Assembly (NCBI GenBank): GCA_003210155.1 | Contig: QCNC01000005.1 | Span: forward strand, 2,017-66,016 | From: Prochlorococcus sp. AG-424-E18 | GTDB lineage: Bacteria; Cyanobacteriota; Cyanobacteriia; PCC-6307; Cyanobiaceae | Direction of reading: 5' to 3' | Length of the DNA stretch: 64,000 bases | Part shown: positions 62,691 to 64,000 of the stretch, piece after piece | Position numbering within the stretch: position 1 is the stretch's first letter | Layout of the letters: each line of letters starts with the position of its first letter | Notes under the pieces: generated by a model | Seen by the model: the letters and a program-made list of their open reading frames with translations, nothing else | What the model was told of the DNA's origin: nothing | Database searches by the model: none | Translations under genes and position numbers: made by a program

Positions 62691-62825
62691 ATGAAGAAAA
62701 TAAATAAAAAATATTATGAAATAATGCGTCAAGCTGATAATGCAGTTGGAAGAAAAGAAGTAGTTAGTTTATTAAAAAAAGCTGCAATAATTATGTCTAA
62801 ATCTGAGGAAAACTTAGCTGCTTAA
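62691..62825 (+). CDS. 44-aa helical hypothetical protein
   Basis: MKKINKKYYEIMRQADNAVGRKEVVSLLKKAAIIMSKSEENLAA*. Confidence 0.65.
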   Translation: MKKINKKYYEIMRQADNAVGRKEVVSLLKKAAIIMSKSEENLAA

Positions 62826-62834
62826 ATTAAAAAA

Positions 62835-62966
62835 CTATTTTATTAGGATAAATAAAACACCATAAAGAATGATTGATGAGGATGCAGCCATAATGATGAA
62901 TGGTAGTATCATGCCTGAGTTTAACCATCTTAAAAGTCTAATTTTTTTGTTAATTACTCTTGGCAT
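62835..62966 (-). CDS. 43-aa single-TM hypothetical protein
   Basis: MPRVINKKIRLLRWLNSGMILPFIIMAASSSIILYGVLFILIK*. Confidence 0.45.
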   Translation of the reverse strand: MPRVINKKIRLLRWLNSGMILPFIIMAASSSIILYGVLFILIK

Positions 62967-63191
62967 CTTTTCTGATTCCCTTAATTGCAACTTAACAAGT
63001 AAATAAATGGTGTAAATGATTAATTAATCTTTTTAAATATCATTCTTTAGCTATTTTGTAATTAAATTTTCTAAAGAAAATTATTTTAATTGCATCTGGA
63101 TTTTTGAACTTAAGAGAAATTTTTAGGTAATTAATACCTTGTATTGTTCAAATTTCTTATGCAAGATTTAGAAACATTAGATTTCTAAATA

Positions 63192-63467
63192 ATGATTAAA
63201 AATTTAAAAGAGGGCCCTGAAGAATTTAAAGATTATGATTCAGAACTTTTACTTAAGATTCTAAATAAGACATCACTGGAGAATGAAAAAGACGATGATA
63301 AAGAACTATTTGTAGATGAAAATTGGAAAATTAATTCAAAAAATATGAGTAATATAATTCATTCAGATAATTCAAATTTGAAAAGAATATTATCAGATAT
63401 TTTCCCTAATAAAAAAATAGTTATTCAGGATAATAATGATGGGTCGCAAACAATTTTCTTATCCTAA
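63192..63467 (+). CDS. hypothetical protein
   Basis: ORF track, 91 aa. Confidence 0.6.
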   Translation: MIKNLKEGPEEFKDYDSELLLKILNKTSLENEKDDDKELFVDENWKINSKNMSNIIHSDNSNLKRILSDIFPNKKIVIQDNNDGSQTIFLS

Positions 63468-63580
63468 TTTAGGAAATATTAAAACCTTATTTATACTATC
63501 TATTCAATATTTATTTTTTTGAGAAAAAAATTAGTAAAAATTACTCTCACAGAATTTTTTTAAAGATGCTATTGTTCATT

Positions 63581-63642
63581 TACGTTCATCCAAGTTTATA
63601 TCTCTGGACGCATGAAATGGGAGTAGGGAACGGGATTCTCAT
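63581..63642 (+). ncRNA. glutamine-II (Downstream-peptide / Yfr6-like) riboswitch
   Basis: P1 CGTTC/GAACG, P2 TCCA/TGGA, GAGTAGG junction, pseudoknot GGGAGT/ATTCTC, directly upstream of a small ORF. Confidence 0.75.
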
Positions 63643-63657
63643 TAACTGCAAAAGACC

Positions 63658-63828
63658 ATGAATAACCTCTTACAAATAAGAGAAAAAATCAAAAGAGCCA
63701 ATAGGCTATATGAAGCCCAACTTTTGGCTACTAAAAGTGGAGAAGTTACTCCATACAGAAGATCCGTCTTTCAAGAAAGAATCAGGAAAACACAAAAAGA
63801 AATGAAATTGAAAGACTCAAAAAATTAA
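63658..63828 (+). CDS. 56-aa basic peptide downstream of the riboswitch
   Basis: MNNLLQIREKIKRANRLYEAQLLATKSGEVTPYRRSVFQERIRKTQKEMKLKDSKN*. Confidence 0.7.
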   Translation: MNNLLQIREKIKRANRLYEAQLLATKSGEVTPYRRSVFQERIRKTQKEMKLKDSKN

Positions 63829-63852
63829 ATTCTTTTTTGAAACTGATCAATT

Positions 63853-63882
63853 AAGAGGGGGTTTTATCCCTCTCTTTTTTTT
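63853..63882 (+). terminator. Rho-independent terminator
   Basis: AAGAGGGGG-TTTTA-TCCCTCTC + T-run. Confidence 0.7.
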
Positions 63883-64000
63883 ATTTTTATAAAAACAACG
63901 TAATTATTAATTTATTTTCTCGATTATCGATTATTAAAAAGAATATAATTTTGATGCTTTTACTATTGATTTAAATTATATAAATGGCAAATTTAATTCA

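Larger units (their letters stand above)
50950..64000. other. genomic-island-like accessory region
   Basis: Abrupt change after ychF to short hypothetical ORFs, hli cluster, pseudogenes and long AT-rich spacers; no integrase seen. Confidence 0.7.

Noticed and set aside
1-64000. CRISPR arrays, IS elements, integrases, prophage or defence systems
   Set aside because: No repeat-spacer arrays, transposase, recombinase or phage structural motifs seen by eye

Overview
AT-rich, gene-dense chromosome segment of a marine picocyanobacterium, most consistent with a high-light Prochlorococcus. Evidence: psbD/psbC, ycf4, petM, multicopy-type hli genes and a Yfr2-family sRNA. Most of the window is core genome (pnp-rpsN-rseP-serS-ycf46-yidC-rnpA-rpmH, isiB, glyQ, futA, cobQ, psbDC, pntAB, dxr, cysS, polA, ychF). 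There are two accessory stretches. The first is a small islet after tRNA-Ser(CGA) (~21.8-24.5 kb), and the second is a genomic-island-like region from ~50.95 kb to the window end. Reading below the ORF-track cut-off reveals many unlisted small genes (rpmH, petM, two further hli genes, several 34-59 aa ORFs) and RNA elements (Yfr2, a glutamine-II/Downstream-peptide riboswitch, a candidate sRNA). The most intriguing item is a strongly structured leader whose long-range stem buries a perfect Shine-Dalgarno site of a 52-aa peptide with a CP12-like C-terminal CxxxPxxxxCxxY motif. Others are three micro-proteins ending in ssrA-like -AA tails, a nirA N-terminal remnant, a cupin gene interrupted by two in-frame stops, LexA-like boxes before hypothetical genes, and two genes apparently lacking a canonical start codon. 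All family assignments are by eye; no database searches were run.
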